The position numbers and the translations under genes were made by a program. The notes under the pieces are model-generated. The model was given only the letters and a program-made list of their open reading frames with translations, did not search any database and was not told the origin of the DNA. 64,000 nucleotides of DNA from Longimicrobiales bacterium (GTDB lineage: Bacteria > Gemmatimonadota > Gemmatimonadetes > Longimicrobiales > Gaopeijiaceae). The stretch covers positions 928,001 to 992,000 of the forward strand of contig CBDFIQ010000002.1 in assembly GCA_965248195.1 (NCBI GenBank). Reading direction: 5' to 3'. Within the stretch, counting starts at the first letter, position 1; each line of letters opens with the position of its first letter. Below are positions 18,914-29,464 of the stretch, in pieces.

Positions 18914-20046
18914 CTACGAGACCCAAGCGGATCTTGTTTCTCTCCAAGGATCCGGGGGCCGTAAACGCACTTCTTCCGGTCATCGAGCTGATGAAGCGCC
19001 AAAACAACTACGAGCCCCTCGTCGCGTCACACCCCTTATCCCGGCACATGTTCAAGCTGAACGATATTCCCTCGCTTCCCTTCGAGCGGTTCGGGTACCC
19101 GGAAGAAAAGACGTCGTGTTTTCTCAACATCGTAGAGCATTGCCGCCCCGATGTCGTGGTCACCGGCACCAGTCGGCCCTTTTCGGACGAACCGGTCACT
19201 CCCGAGCAACATACAACGGCCGTAGCCAGGGCGAAGGGTATCACGAGCATCTGCCTCCTGGACTTCTGGGGCGATTATCTGGAGCGATTCACGTCGGACC
19301 GCGCGACCCTCGCGAACGAGTTTACACCGGATATCATCTGTGCCCTCGACGCTCTGTCCCGCGAGCGTCTTCTCGCGATCGGGATTCCTGAAGAACGCGT
19401 CGCGGTCACGCACAACCCTCACTTCGACCGCGTCGTTCACTACTGGCACACTTTACAAGGGTCCGACCGTGGGGCCGCCGACCCTGATCAGCTCAACGTA
19501 CTCTTTGTCTCACAACCGCTGAAGGAGAATCGGACTAGAAACGATCTCGGGTACGACCAGCATTCGACGTTCCGCCACCTCCTGAGCGGCCTGGACCTCG
19601 TGAAAGGATACCCACGCAAACGTGTCATCGTGTGGCTCCACCCCAAAGAACCGCCCGAAGCCTGGTCGACGGCGGCGTCTGTATCGTCCGACGATGTCGA
19701 GGTCGTGTTTGGTCAGGAGCGGGGTGCAGACGTCATGCGCTCGGTAGATGTTCAGGTGACCGCTTATTCGACCATGATCTACGAGGCTTTGCACTACGGG
19801 ACCCCGGCCATCAGCATCCAGATCGGCCTGAAGCAGCCAGACCACGTCATCACCAACGAACTGGGTCTTACCATCCCCATCTACACACCAGAGGATCTGC
19901 GCCGGGTGTTTTCCGACCTCGACCTCGCTCGATGGAGAGCCTACTCTTCGGCCCGTCGGGCAGAAATGGAATCGGATGGCATTTTCTTCTCAGACGGTCG
20001 CGCCACGGCGCGAGTACGGCAAATCATCGAGGACACGCTCACGTAG
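18910..20046 (+). CDS. GT-B fold protein (CDP-glycerol glycerophosphotransferase/sialyltransferase-like)
   Basis: DPGAVN, VTHNPHFD, LFVSQP, LHPKE, STMIYEA, DGRAT.RV. Confidence 0.6.
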   Translation: MTTRPKRILFLSKDPGAVNALLPVIELMKRQNNYEPLVASHPLSRHMFKLNDIPSLPFERFGYPEEKTSCFLNIVEHCRPDVVVTGTSRPFSDEPVTPEQHTTAVARAKGITSICLLDFWGDYLERFTSDRATLANEFTPDIICALDALSRERLLAIGIPEERVAVTHNPHFDRVVHYWHTLQGSDRGAADPDQLNVLFVSQPLKENRTRNDLGYDQHSTFRHLLSGLDLVKGYPRKRVIVWLHPKEPPEAWSTAASVSSDDVEVVFGQERGADVMRSVDVQVTAYSTMIYEALHYGTPAISIQIGLKQPDHVITNELGLTIPIYTPEDLRRVFSDLDLARWRAYSSARRAEMESDGIFFSDGRATARVRQIIEDTLT

Positions 20047-20087
20047 CAAGCGTTTCGTACGTCGCTCCAATCACGTCAGCGTCTTAC

Positions 20088-21068
20088 TCATCCCACGCCA
20101 ACCTCGTCATACATCTTGCTGAACGACTCTTCTACCGTGAAAGGCGGGTCCCATCCGAGAACCTCTCTAGTGTGCGAGATGTCGATCTCGAAGTTACCGC
20201 ACAGCTTCTCCACAGCGGACTCACGCCCTATTGATCGCGCCATCAACCAGAGCACTCTATAGGGAACGGCAATGAGCCGCGCTTTCTTTCGTTTTCCCTT
20301 GGCTATCAGCCTGATCACTTCCGGCGTGGATATCGCCTGACCATCAGACACGACAAAGACCCCACCCTGGGCTCTCGGGTTCATGAGACAGCATCCGATG
20401 AAGTCGCACAGATTGTAGATGCTGACCCAATCCCGCCTGTTGCGAATGCTCGCCAAGGGCAGCGGGATCCCGACGCCCACGAGCCTCTCCAGCCGTGCGA
20501 AGTTCCCCCGTGCGCCGGGCCCATACACCAACGGTGGTCTGACGATCGTCAGGGCAGTCGCGGAGGCCTCGCTCAATCTCGTTAGCGTTTCCTCAGCCTC
20601 CAATTTGGTGAGTGAGTACACCTCCGCCGGTTGGGGCTTCTCGAGATGCCCGTATGGCCTTACCGAGGCGCTACCAAATATCCCGACCGAACTCAGTTGA
20701 ATGAATTGCCCTATCCTACGTGCATCGCAGAGCTCGTAGAGTGCTCCCGCAAAATCCACATTGGTCTCTTGATAGAGACTCTCGCTGTCGGCTCGCTCGC
20801 GAAGTTGATGCGTGCGGCCAACGAGGTTGATCACAGCATCGTGGGCTGCAATCAAAGCTTCGAACCGATCAATGTTGAATAGGAATTGCGGATCGTAGTG
20901 TTCCTTGAGGGCCAAAGCAGAGAAGCTGGAAACTCGTCTCCGCGACAGCGTCGACACATCACTTCCTTCGTCACACAGATGACGTGCTAGATGTTGCCCA
21001 ATGAACCCTGAAGCCCCGACAATCAGCACGCTGCTCACGCCGTCCAACCCGAGCTCAGATCCACCCAC
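20088..21068 (-). CDS. NAD-dependent epimerase/dehydratase (WbpV/UDP-sugar epimerase-like)
   Basis: GASGFIG, YSLTKLEAE, RPPLVYGPG.RGNF, NRRDWVS. Confidence 0.9.
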   Translation of the reverse strand: MGGSELGLDGVSSVLIVGASGFIGQHLARHLCDEGSDVSTLSRRRVSSFSALALKEHYDPQFLFNIDRFEALIAAHDAVINLVGRTHQLRERADSESLYQETNVDFAGALYELCDARRIGQFIQLSSVGIFGSASVRPYGHLEKPQPAEVYSLTKLEAEETLTRLSEASATALTIVRPPLVYGPGARGNFARLERLVGVGIPLPLASIRNRRDWVSIYNLCDFIGCCLMNPRAQGGVFVVSDGQAISTPEVIRLIAKGKRKKARLIAVPYRVLWLMARSIGRESAVEKLCGNFEIDISHTREVLGWDPPFTVEESFSKMYDEVGVG

Positions 21069-21146
21069 CCCACTTCCTCCAATAGATGACGGTTGCCCTG
21101 ACGGTTTCCCACCACAGCATCAGGTCTCTGTGGGTGCCCCGGGGCT

Positions 21147-21227
21147 GGCGCTCGGTCTCGGCACAAGCGCGGCGAGTCGCGCGATGAAATCCTCGGGGCC
21201 GAGCATGAGTTGGTGCGTGGTACCGTC
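21147..21227 (-). mobile_element. IS91/ISCR-family transposase remnant
   Basis: Translates DGTTHQLMLGPEDFIARLAALVPRPSA, matching the DGTTH...F.ARLAALVPRP segment of Y2 rolling-circle transposases. Confidence 0.6.
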
Positions 21228-21277
21228 GCAGAGGTGAAAAGCACCTCAATTGGCTCAGCTAGCCGACCTTCACGACA

Positions 21278-23107
21278 CTAAGTCCGCACCTCAGACGTCG
21301 CCCTATCATCCAAATCAATCGCTATGTCTGCATGAAGTTCACTCCCTGGACGATGGGAAGTTTGAATAATGGTCAAATCGTGATTCTCAAGCCTTAATCT
21401 ACTAATGATGTCTCTCTCGATTTCTGCTTCAAACGAAGAGGTAGCTTCGTCAAGTATGATCACAGATGGCTTTCTGATGAGTGCTCTGGCAATAGCGATT
21501 CTCTTGCGCTGGCCTCCAGAGAGAGTATATCCGCGATCCCCCACCAAGGTATCCAGTCCCTCGGGCAGTTCATCGATAAAATCCATGCACCCTGATATCT
21601 CGCATACCTTCAACGCTTCCTCTGTCGAAGCTGAATTACATCCCAACATGATATTCTGCAAAATGGTCCCATGGAAAAGAGCCGCATCTTGACTCACGTA
21701 ACCAAATAGATTTCGCCACATCGTTAGATCATATTCATTGATGTTCCTACCGTTCACACAGATTTCACCGCGTTCCGGGGCTACTATTCGTAGAAGTAGA
21801 TCCAGAACGGTCGACTTTCCCGAACCCGATTTTCCTCCGATAAACGTATTTTTACCCTTAGGGATGGTAAGACTAAAGTGGTTGAACAGGCTCAAGTCTT
21901 TTTCATAGGAGAATGACACATCATTGAACACAATATCAGACTCGAGTGTCTCAATGGGATGGTTATTCGTCTGAAGAAGACGGTCATCATCAGGACGAAT
22001 TCGGGACATGTCGGTGACAATGCGGAGAGAGTTGAAATCTTGCCACGCCTTTATTTTTGCCGTGATGGTCTGGGTGCCAGCTGTAATTAATTTGTACCAA
22101 GCTACAAAGAAAAAAATCATGACTGGCAATACTTCAACCAAATCCAATCCGTCAATAGTCGTTGACAGGAACAGCAAGCTCACCAACGCCAGCACAGCGA
22201 ACATTTCACCTAAAACTCTTGGCAAATTCTGAAATATCGTCATCCTTATGAACAAGGACTTGATCTTACCCAAAACGCCCAAGGTCAGCGAAATCCGCTC
22301 TAACTCTACTGCCAATATCTTAATGTCTTTAAGGTGATCAAGACTTTCAGACATCGAAGCGGATAATTCCTGGTTATAAGCCGACTTGAATCTAGAATGC
22401 TCCACAGCCGTCCCATAAAAATACTTTTGAATCAACAAAACAAAGAAAAAAGAAACACCCAAGAAGGCTACCATTACTTCCCAATTCACCATGAGGCCAA
22501 GTAGAACGAGAAGCGACGTGAGCATGAAAGACGACAGATAGGATATGTATGTGGTAATGAATCGGGCGGCTGTGAGTGGTTCAATAAGCCAGTTGTTAAG
22601 AATAGCCCCGGGTTCTTTTTTTATGAATTCCACATAAGTGCCATACATAATATTCTGCCCGATTCTGTCGCACCAATGAGCACGCATGAGCTCAGCAAGA
22701 TGTCGAGAGTAAGCAAAATTCAGAATATTGAACGTGGATTTTACTATCACCAGGAGGCCCATGAATGTAGACAGAACCACTAGTCTCGATTCTGGCGACA
22801 AAGCAGCAAATCCAGGATAAATTCTTGTTAACGATTGATCCTCAATGTCAACCGATAGAATTGACTGGAAAATGGGGAGGATCATGCCAATTCCTAAGAA
22901 AGTCAGCACCGTATCCACCAAGACGATGGAAAGAAGGAGAACAAACTTCTTCCTAAACGAAGACATTGAGGACCAAACGTAACTCCAGCTCGGCTTCGTG
23001 GCTTTTTGGCTCAACGGTTCATTTCTCATTTTTCTAACGACAGATCCACCCACTTCTCGATTTCGATTTCCCCACACTACGTATGCCCCCAACTCCACCG
23101 ATCCCAA
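21278..23107 (-). CDS. ABC transporter permease/ATP-binding protein (PglK/MsbA-like glycan flippase)
   Basis: N-terminal TM domain; GKSGSGKST, LSGGQRKRIAIARA, ILDEATS; start may be ATG 23029. Confidence 0.92.
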   Translation of the reverse strand: MGSVELGAYVVWGNRNREVGGSVVRKMRNEPLSQKATKPSWSYVWSSMSSFRKKFVLLLSIVLVDTVLTFLGIGMILPIFQSILSVDIEDQSLTRIYPGFAALSPESRLVVLSTFMGLLVIVKSTFNILNFAYSRHLAELMRAHWCDRIGQNIMYGTYVEFIKKEPGAILNNWLIEPLTAARFITTYISYLSSFMLTSLLVLLGLMVNWEVMVAFLGVSFFFVLLIQKYFYGTAVEHSRFKSAYNQELSASMSESLDHLKDIKILAVELERISLTLGVLGKIKSLFIRMTIFQNLPRVLGEMFAVLALVSLLFLSTTIDGLDLVEVLPVMIFFFVAWYKLITAGTQTITAKIKAWQDFNSLRIVTDMSRIRPDDDRLLQTNNHPIETLESDIVFNDVSFSYEKDLSLFNHFSLTIPKGKNTFIGGKSGSGKSTVLDLLLRIVAPERGEICVNGRNINEYDLTMWRNLFGYVSQDAALFHGTILQNIMLGCNSASTEEALKVCEISGCMDFIDELPEGLDTLVGDRGYTLSGGQRKRIAIARALIRKPSVIILDEATSSFEAEIERDIISRLRLENHDLTIIQTSHRPGSELHADIAIDLDDRATSEVRT

Positions 23108-23360
23108 GATATAGTGGGTGAGCTAATGATCTCAATGGGTTATAGTTCGGTGCGCGAGTGGCTAGGTTCGAGCGCCCAGGGATTGACTCCAGATGGATGC
23201 TGTCGGGTTCAATGATGTCCCATAGCGGAGGCGGGGCTTGATGTGTGGAATTGCGGGCGTCATCAATTTCAAAAGACCCCCAATTGGTGACGTAAGATCA
23301 ATGATCAATTTGATTAAACACAGAGGGCCCGACGCTCAATGTGTGTATGAGGGGGAAAAC

Positions 23361-24736
23361 GGTCAAGTCCCGATTTGTGTGTAAAAGCGGAGGAAGCTCC
23401 TCGCCTTCGGCTAGGCTGCTTGGGCGACCTCCTGTTTCTGGAGGAGTGAGAGGTCGAGGTAACGCCGGTCGCCCCAGACGTGTGTGGTCCTGAGTGCGAC
23501 GGCCGTGATGAGCCTGAGGGCGCTGGCCCGGTCCGGGAAGGCGCCGGCGGCCTTGATCCTGCGTTTGATCTCGCCGTGCAGCCGCTCGAGGCTGTTGGTG
23601 GTACGCAGCCGGGGCCAGTGCGCCTCGGGGAACGCGTAGAACTGCGTCGCTGCCCCGAAGCCCCGCTCCAGGACCTCCACGGCCTCGGGCAGCTCCTTCT
23701 TCCAGCGTGCGCCGAACTCGCCCAGGAGCTTCTTCGCCTCGGCGAGTCCGGATGTCTGGAAGATCACCGAGACCTCACGCGCCACGCGCTTGCGTAGGCG
23801 GTGGGGGACCCTCGCCCCCACATTACGCTGCAGATGGACCGTACACCTCTGACGGCGTGCCTCGGGCAGGAAGCGGCGGACCGCAGCTGCCAGGCCTGCG
23901 TGCTCATCGGCGATCACGAGCTCGACACCGCCGAGGCCGCGGTCCTGGAGTTGCTCGAGGAGCTCCGACCAGCTCTGCTGCGACTCCTCAGCGCCCAGCG
24001 TGACGGCCAGGAGCCGTCGGTGACCCTCAGGGCCCACTGCATACGCCACGAGCGCACTCACGTTCTCGACTTTGCGGGCCCAGCGGGCGTCCAAGAACGT
24101 GGCGTCCAGGTACAGATAGGGGTGAGGCCCCTCGATCGGCGCACGGCGCAGCCCTTCCACGGCCTCGTCGAGCCGTTTTGCCACACGACTCACCGTCGAG
24201 CGCCCAACACGCTCGCCCATCAGCGCCTCGGTGACGTCGCCCATCTTGCGCTGTGACACGCCGCTCACATACGCCTCGACCATCATCTCGTCGAGCTCGG
24301 GGCTCCTGCGCTGGTAGCGGCCGATCACGTCGGCCGGCGAACCGTTGTCCCGGCTCCGGGGCATGGCGACCTCGATCTGCCCCAGGCTCGTCAGCAGCCG
24401 CCTCAGGTATGTGCCGTTCCTATGGTCCTTCCGGCTTCCCACCCGCTCGAAGCGGCGTGCACCTACCATGGCCTTCAGCTCCTCTTCCAGCACCATCTCG
24501 AGCGTCAGCCGGATCGCGCCTTGAAACAGCTCGCGCAAATCATCGCGTAGCTCGTCTTGCGTGGCCCGACCGATCTCCACAATCTCTTGCATCGGAAGCT
24601 CCTCTCCGGTTCCGAGCCTGCTCTGCAGACCCGGACTCCCGGGTTCATGTGACAGTGAACAACAACAGAGGAGCTTCCGTTTTTCTTTCCCTCCTGTCCA
24701 GCTTATCCGCTTTTACACAAATCTAGGGACACTACC
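23361..24736 (-). mobile_element. IS256-family insertion sequence, 1376 bp, imperfect 31-bp terminal IRs, 8-bp target duplication GGGAAAAC
   Basis: Left GGTCAAGTCCCGATTTGTGTGTAAAAGCGGA vs right revcomp GGTAGTGTCCCTAGATTTGTGTAAAAGCGGA; GGGAAAAC at 23353-23360 and 24737-24744. Confidence 0.95.
23411..24592 (-). CDS. IS256-family (mutator-type) DDE transposase
   Basis: HRNG, YLYLDAT, IADEHAGL, QRCTVH, RTTNSLERLHGEIKRR. Confidence 0.95.
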   Translation of the reverse strand: MQEIVEIGRATQDELRDDLRELFQGAIRLTLEMVLEEELKAMVGARRFERVGSRKDHRNGTYLRRLLTSLGQIEVAMPRSRDNGSPADVIGRYQRRSPELDEMMVEAYVSGVSQRKMGDVTEALMGERVGRSTVSRVAKRLDEAVEGLRRAPIEGPHPYLYLDATFLDARWARKVENVSALVAYAVGPEGHRRLLAVTLGAEESQQSWSELLEQLQDRGLGGVELVIADEHAGLAAAVRRFLPEARRQRCTVHLQRNVGARVPHRLRKRVAREVSVIFQTSGLAEAKKLLGEFGARWKKELPEAVEVLERGFGAATQFYAFPEAHWPRLRTTNSLERLHGEIKRRIKAAGAFPDRASALRLITAVALRTTHVWGDRRYLDLSLLQKQEVAQAA

Positions 24737-26511
24737 GGGAAAACATAACATTTGGTCATGCGCGGCTTCGCATTCTTGATCTTAATTCGAGAGCTGACCA
24801 GCCTTTTTTTAATCATGATCGATCTGTTGTAGTCGTATTCAATGGCGAAATATACAACTACAAGGATCTAAAAAAGGATTTACCGGATTATCAGTTCAAA
24901 ACGAGCTGTGACACAGAAGTCATTCTTGCTGCATACCAGAAGTGGGGATTGAAGTGCCCGGAGCACTTCGTGGGCATGTTTTCCTTTGTACTATACGATT
25001 TCAGAAAGAGGCAAGCCTTTGGCGCTCGTGACCGGTTTGGAATTAAGCCCTTTTTCTACACTATTGATGATGGCCAGTTTGTGTTTTGCTCAGAAATCAA
25101 AGGCCTTCTTCCTATCGTTAGGAATTTTCGGCCAAACTATGACGTCATTGTTGATTACCTGTACGAACGTGATTTCGAGAAGAGTCGAGAGACATTCTTT
25201 CGCGATGTCGTTCAGTTGTTGCCCGCTCAATATTTTGTTCTAAACGAAAACGACTTCCATGTAGATCATTACTATAACCTCGAGTGCACAGATAGCGGCG
25301 CAAACATCGATCAGATTGAAGCAGCTTCAACGCTGAGGGAATTGTTAACAAAAAGCGTATCCAGGCGAATTCAGAGTGATGTCCCTGTTGGTCTTTATTT
25401 TAGCGGTGGGATTGATTCAACGGCAATCGGTATTGGTATCAAGGAAGCTTCGCCACTTGCGAAGATGAGATCCTATACCGCTGTTTCCGAAAATGTGCCG
25501 CAAGACCACAAGAATATCATTATGGAAATGGCTAATGAGTTGAATCTGAATAATAGGATGCTTGGGAGTGAACCTGAAAATCCGTCGATGCTATTAAGAA
25601 GGTTGATGTGGCACATGGAGATGCCATTCACTTCTTCGGTGATATGCGACGATATCCTAAACTCAGCAGCCAAGAAAGATGACATTACTGTGGTTATTGA
25701 GGGTCAGGGATCGGATGAATCACAAGCTGGCTACGTGCATTATTTCGTTCCATATCTGATCGATTGTTTGGCAAAGACGGATTTGAGCGCTCTGAGGGAT
25801 TGTGTCAACAATCCTCCACAACACCTAAAACACAAACTGTTTCGTAGCGCGTTGATGCGCAGCCTAGTGGAGATCTTGAGATATTCTCATTTGTACGATC
25901 CCATCAAGAGACTTAATCCGCCAGCCATCCACGAGCTTGTTGGCGAAGAATTGCAGGAGATTTATCTGTCAAAGGAAATGGAGCGTGGACCCAGTGAAGT
26001 ATCGTCTTCACGGCTGGTCAATTATCAACACCATGACATGGGTTCAAAGTTACAGCGTGTGCTTAGGACGAAAGATCGAATTTCCATGTCCTATAGCAGG
26101 GAGCTTAGAGTTCCTTTTCTAGATCATGAACTGGTGGATTTCATGTTTAGTCTGCCTAACCATTTCAAGATCCATAAGGGAAGGCAGAAAGACTTGCTCA
26201 TTCGGGCGCTTCAACCAGAATTGCCGGAGTTGTGTTACTCAATGGGCAAGAATGATCTGTTGAGGGATAAACTGACTTCAAGAGCTCGAACGACTCTTCG
26301 GAAGGACAATATCTTTACCCTATCTTCGGAGCAGGCGGAAGGCCGGAGATTGTTTGCTGACAGCGTGTTTTCTAATCTACCCGAATCTAGTCGGATGAAT
26401 GGTGGTCTATATTGGAGGATTGGTCAGGTTGAGCTGTGGCATCAAATGTTCATCGATCAGCAAACCAGCCTGCATTCTTAGCAGATATAGAATCGTCAAC
26501 AACCTCGGGTG

Positions 26512-26633
26512 AAGCGTTCGATATTTATACTCTGACGAAACCGCGCTGGTAGCAGGCTTTCTCGGTTCCGACGTCGTAATTCGGGCAGATGGGCGGCAGC
26601 CCAGGCCATCGCATTCACGAGCTCCTCATCGGT
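26512..26633 (-). repeat. Diverged direct-repeat copy of the 3' end of the glycosyltransferase at 29465-30571 (other copy 29487-29608)
   Basis: 122 bp colinear, about 13 mismatches by manual alignment. Confidence 0.88.
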
Positions 26634-26688
26634 CGACGGAAACTGCTAGATGTCTCAAAGCTGCGGGAGTTGGGTTGGCAGGCCCCGA

Positions 26689-27921
26689 TTACGTAATCCC
26701 TTTTTCAAGCACGTCACAGAACCGCGGGAGCAGGAGACGTTTGCTGAACCGCTCATTGACCAGACGTTGGGCATTTATTCCCATAGCTGAAAGCTCTTCC
26801 CGGGGCAGCGATACCATCGCCTTGATGGCCTCCAGCGCTCCATCCACATCACCCTGCTGCACATGCCATCCGATCTCCTGCCCCTTCATGATCTCGGAGG
26901 CGTGGCAGGGATCGGGGCCAATCAGAAATAGGGGTCGTCCTACCGCCATCGCTCCGTACATCTTACAGGGGTGGCAAATGCCCACGACTGCGTTCTCCAC
27001 TGAAACCACGTGCACGTCGGCCGCCGAGAGAGAGAATCGCAAATCACGAGTGGGTTGAAATGGTAACGACCGGATGTTTTCGCATCCCTCGGAGATGGCT
27101 GTCTCCACTCGTTTCTTTTCAACCCCGCCTCCGATAAACATGAAAACGATGTCTTTACGGTATTGCAATCTCTTGGCCGCGGCGATCACAGTAGAAAGGG
27201 GGTTGGTAGGCCCGTGATTCCCAGAGTACATGATCACCAATTTTCCGTTGGCACCTGCGCCGAAGCAGTGCTTCTCACGGAACGGATTGGTGGAGTGCTC
27301 GACAATTTCGAAATCGTGCTCGTTAGGCCAGGGTGGTATCACGGTCATCTTCGCCGAACAATCGACCTTGGCATTCAGACGGTCGGCCATAAAATCATCG
27401 AGGGTGATTACGTCGCTAGCACATGTCAACGCTCGGCGATCGATCCAGGTAAACACACGAGCCGCGATACTCGTCTCGGCCACGACGCCAAGCGCGATAA
27501 TCAGATCTGGGTTCAGGTCCAGCTGCCAGTATTTGAGCGATACCCGACGCAATACTGAAATCGGCACCGCAGCGATCGACGCCATGGGCGGCGACGTGCC
27601 GACCAAGACAACCTTGAGATTCCGGGTGAAAACACCCCGCAGAAAGACCTGTACCAGAAACAACGCCTGAGCTAGGAGGCGTGTCTCGATCGATCTCTTA
27701 CCGAACGAGGACAGGGGCAGCCGCCGCACTTCGACACCATCGACGATTTCTCGTCGCACGTATTTCTGAGACGGGTCGTCGTAACCCCGCCCAGATGTGA
27801 GCACTACGACGCGGTACCCCCTCCCAACCATCTCCACAGCGGCGTCGTGCATGAGGTGGCCCGTTCTGGTAGGATCGGGAACATATACTTGACTGATAAG
27901 AAGCAAGGTCGGCCTACCCAT
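26689..27921 (-). CDS. Glycosyltransferase family 4 (WbuB/WcaI-like)
   Basis: SQVYVPD, TSPP, DLNPD, MYSGNHG, PCKMYGAMAVGRP. Confidence 0.9.
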   Translation of the reverse strand: MGRPTLLLISQVYVPDPTRTGHLMHDAAVEMVGRGYRVVVLTSGRGYDDPSQKYVRREIVDGVEVRRLPLSSFGKRSIETRLLAQALFLVQVFLRGVFTRNLKVVLVGTSPPMASIAAVPISVLRRVSLKYWQLDLNPDLIIALGVVAETSIAARVFTWIDRRALTCASDVITLDDFMADRLNAKVDCSAKMTVIPPWPNEHDFEIVEHSTNPFREKHCFGAGANGKLVIMYSGNHGPTNPLSTVIAAAKRLQYRKDIVFMFIGGGVEKKRVETAISEGCENIRSLPFQPTRDLRFSLSAADVHVVSVENAVVGICHPCKMYGAMAVGRPLFLIGPDPCHASEIMKGQEIGWHVQQGDVDGALEAIKAMVSLPREELSAMGINAQRLVNERFSKRLLLPRFCDVLEKGIT

Positions 27922-28044
27922 AGAACCGCCAGCGTATCAGACTTGGAGCGCTCACCATTGTCGCTATTCAGAGTCCACCGTGAATCTGCATCGTCAGATC
28001 CGTCCATTCCACGATCGGGCAGGGCAGCGACCAGGAACCATGGG

Positions 28045-28197
28045 TGGACAGCCTGAAAAAGAAAGAGGAAGCTTTTTTGGGTGTTCATCATCACAAGAAC
28101 CCGGGAGTCCGGGCCTGCGCGAGTAGGTCCGGAACCGGAAAAGCTTCCTCATGGAGAAGATGGTCGAAGTGGAGCGGGCCACGCAAGATGAGCTGTG
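28045..28197 (+). mobile_element. Remnant of a related IS256 element (leader plus first ~15 transposase codons)
   Basis: Similar to revcomp of ~24547-24700 (shared GAACCCGGGAGTCCGGG, CGGAACCGGA); MEKMVEVERATQDEL vs MQEIVEIGRATQDEL. Confidence 0.8.
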
Positions 28198-28315
28198 GCA
28201 GGCTCCGAGCTTGCGTTCATTGAGCAGCATATGGCCGACCCGATGCACTAACACTACAATGGCGGCGGCGGCGGGCCCCAGGACACCAGTCAGGCAGCAC
28301 CTGTAGACTCGAAGT

Positions 28316-29431
28316 ATGGGTAAGGAGGAAGATGGCTTCGGACGATTGCGCAATCGACTTTCTGCCTATATGGAGGGGCTCTGCCTATATGGCGGGGGTA
28401 AGAATAACTTCGTGAACGGATCGATCGACTGGTCCTCAGTTCAGCTCCCGAGATTGGACTCTCGAAGGGTGTTCGTGACGGGGTCCGAGGGCTTCATTGG
28501 GTCGCACCTTTGTGAGGCATTACTTGCTGCTGGAGCTGAAGTTATGGGCTACGACCATGCCCCGTCAGCCTCTGGTTCGCGTCCGTGGAAGAGCACGCAA
28601 GGTGATGTCCGCGACTACCTCACCTTGGAGAGCACCCTTCGGAGATTCCGCGCCGATTCTGTCGTACATCTTGCGGCAAGGACCGATTTGACCGGTAAGC
28701 TGCCAGAGGATTACAGTAGCAACATCGCCGGAGTCCGCGTGTTGGGGGAGGTAATGGCGGCAGTCGGCAACGTATCCGAGGCAATCGTCGCGTCGAGCAT
28801 GCTAGTCTGCCGGCCAGGATACACACCCGATTCTGAATTCGATCATGCTCCTCACACGGTATATGGGCAAAGTAAGGTCCAAACGGAACTGATTTGGCGC
28901 GAGATAGGGCCTAGGGCGGCCGCTCGATCCGTCATCCTGCGGCCGACGTCGATCTGGGGGCCGCGTTGGGGCCGGCATTATCTTGCCTTCCTCAACGCCA
29001 TATGGCGGAGGCGCTACGTTCAACCCGGGTGGCGTCCCCTCAGAAAGACCTACGGCTTCGTCGGAAATACGGTCTTTCAGATGATTTCGCTTATGAGCAC
29101 CAGGCTTGGTCCGTTGAGCGGTAAGGTAACCTACATTGCAGACTACGATCCGCTTGATATCCGCCGATGGGCAGCAGCCTTTGCCAAAGCCATGGGTGTG
29201 TCCAAGCCCATTTCGATTCCGGTGACGGCGCTTCGTGGAGTCGGCCGGGCCGGAGATCTCGCCATGAGCCTGGGCATATCAAGTCCGATCAGTACATACA
29301 CGGTTCGGAACATTTTGACTGAGTACATCTTTGATCTTTCGCTAATGCGGGCGGCCGTTCCATCTTTACCGTTCGATATTGGTCTAGGTGTTGAGCTTAC
29401 GGCAGAGTGGGCCCTTGCCGAGCTGAGGTAG
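28316..29431 (+). CDS. NAD-dependent epimerase/dehydratase (start probably near 28412)
   Basis: VTGSEGFIGSHL, HLAARTD, YGQSK, RPTSIWGP. Confidence 0.88.
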   Translation: MGKEEDGFGRLRNRLSAYMEGLCLYGGGKNNFVNGSIDWSSVQLPRLDSRRVFVTGSEGFIGSHLCEALLAAGAEVMGYDHAPSASGSRPWKSTQGDVRDYLTLESTLRRFRADSVVHLAARTDLTGKLPEDYSSNIAGVRVLGEVMAAVGNVSEAIVASSMLVCRPGYTPDSEFDHAPHTVYGQSKVQTELIWREIGPRAAARSVILRPTSIWGPRWGRHYLAFLNAIWRRRYVQPGWRPLRKTYGFVGNTVFQMISLMSTRLGPLSGKVTYIADYDPLDIRRWAAAFAKAMGVSKPISIPVTALRGVGRAGDLAMSLGISSPISTYTVRNILTEYIFDLSLMRAAVPSLPFDIGLGVELTAEWALAELR

Positions 29432-29464
29432 GACCAAACGGTGTGCAAACGAAGGACGACGCTG

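Larger units (their letters stand above)
23241..26481 (+). pseudogene. asnB: Asparagine synthase-like glutamine amidotransferase interrupted by IS256 after codon 40
   Basis: MCGIAG...HRGPD (23241-23360) continues in frame at 24745 as ITFGHARLRILDL..FNGEIYN..RDRFGIKP..SGGIDS..ELRVPFLDH. Confidence 0.93.
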
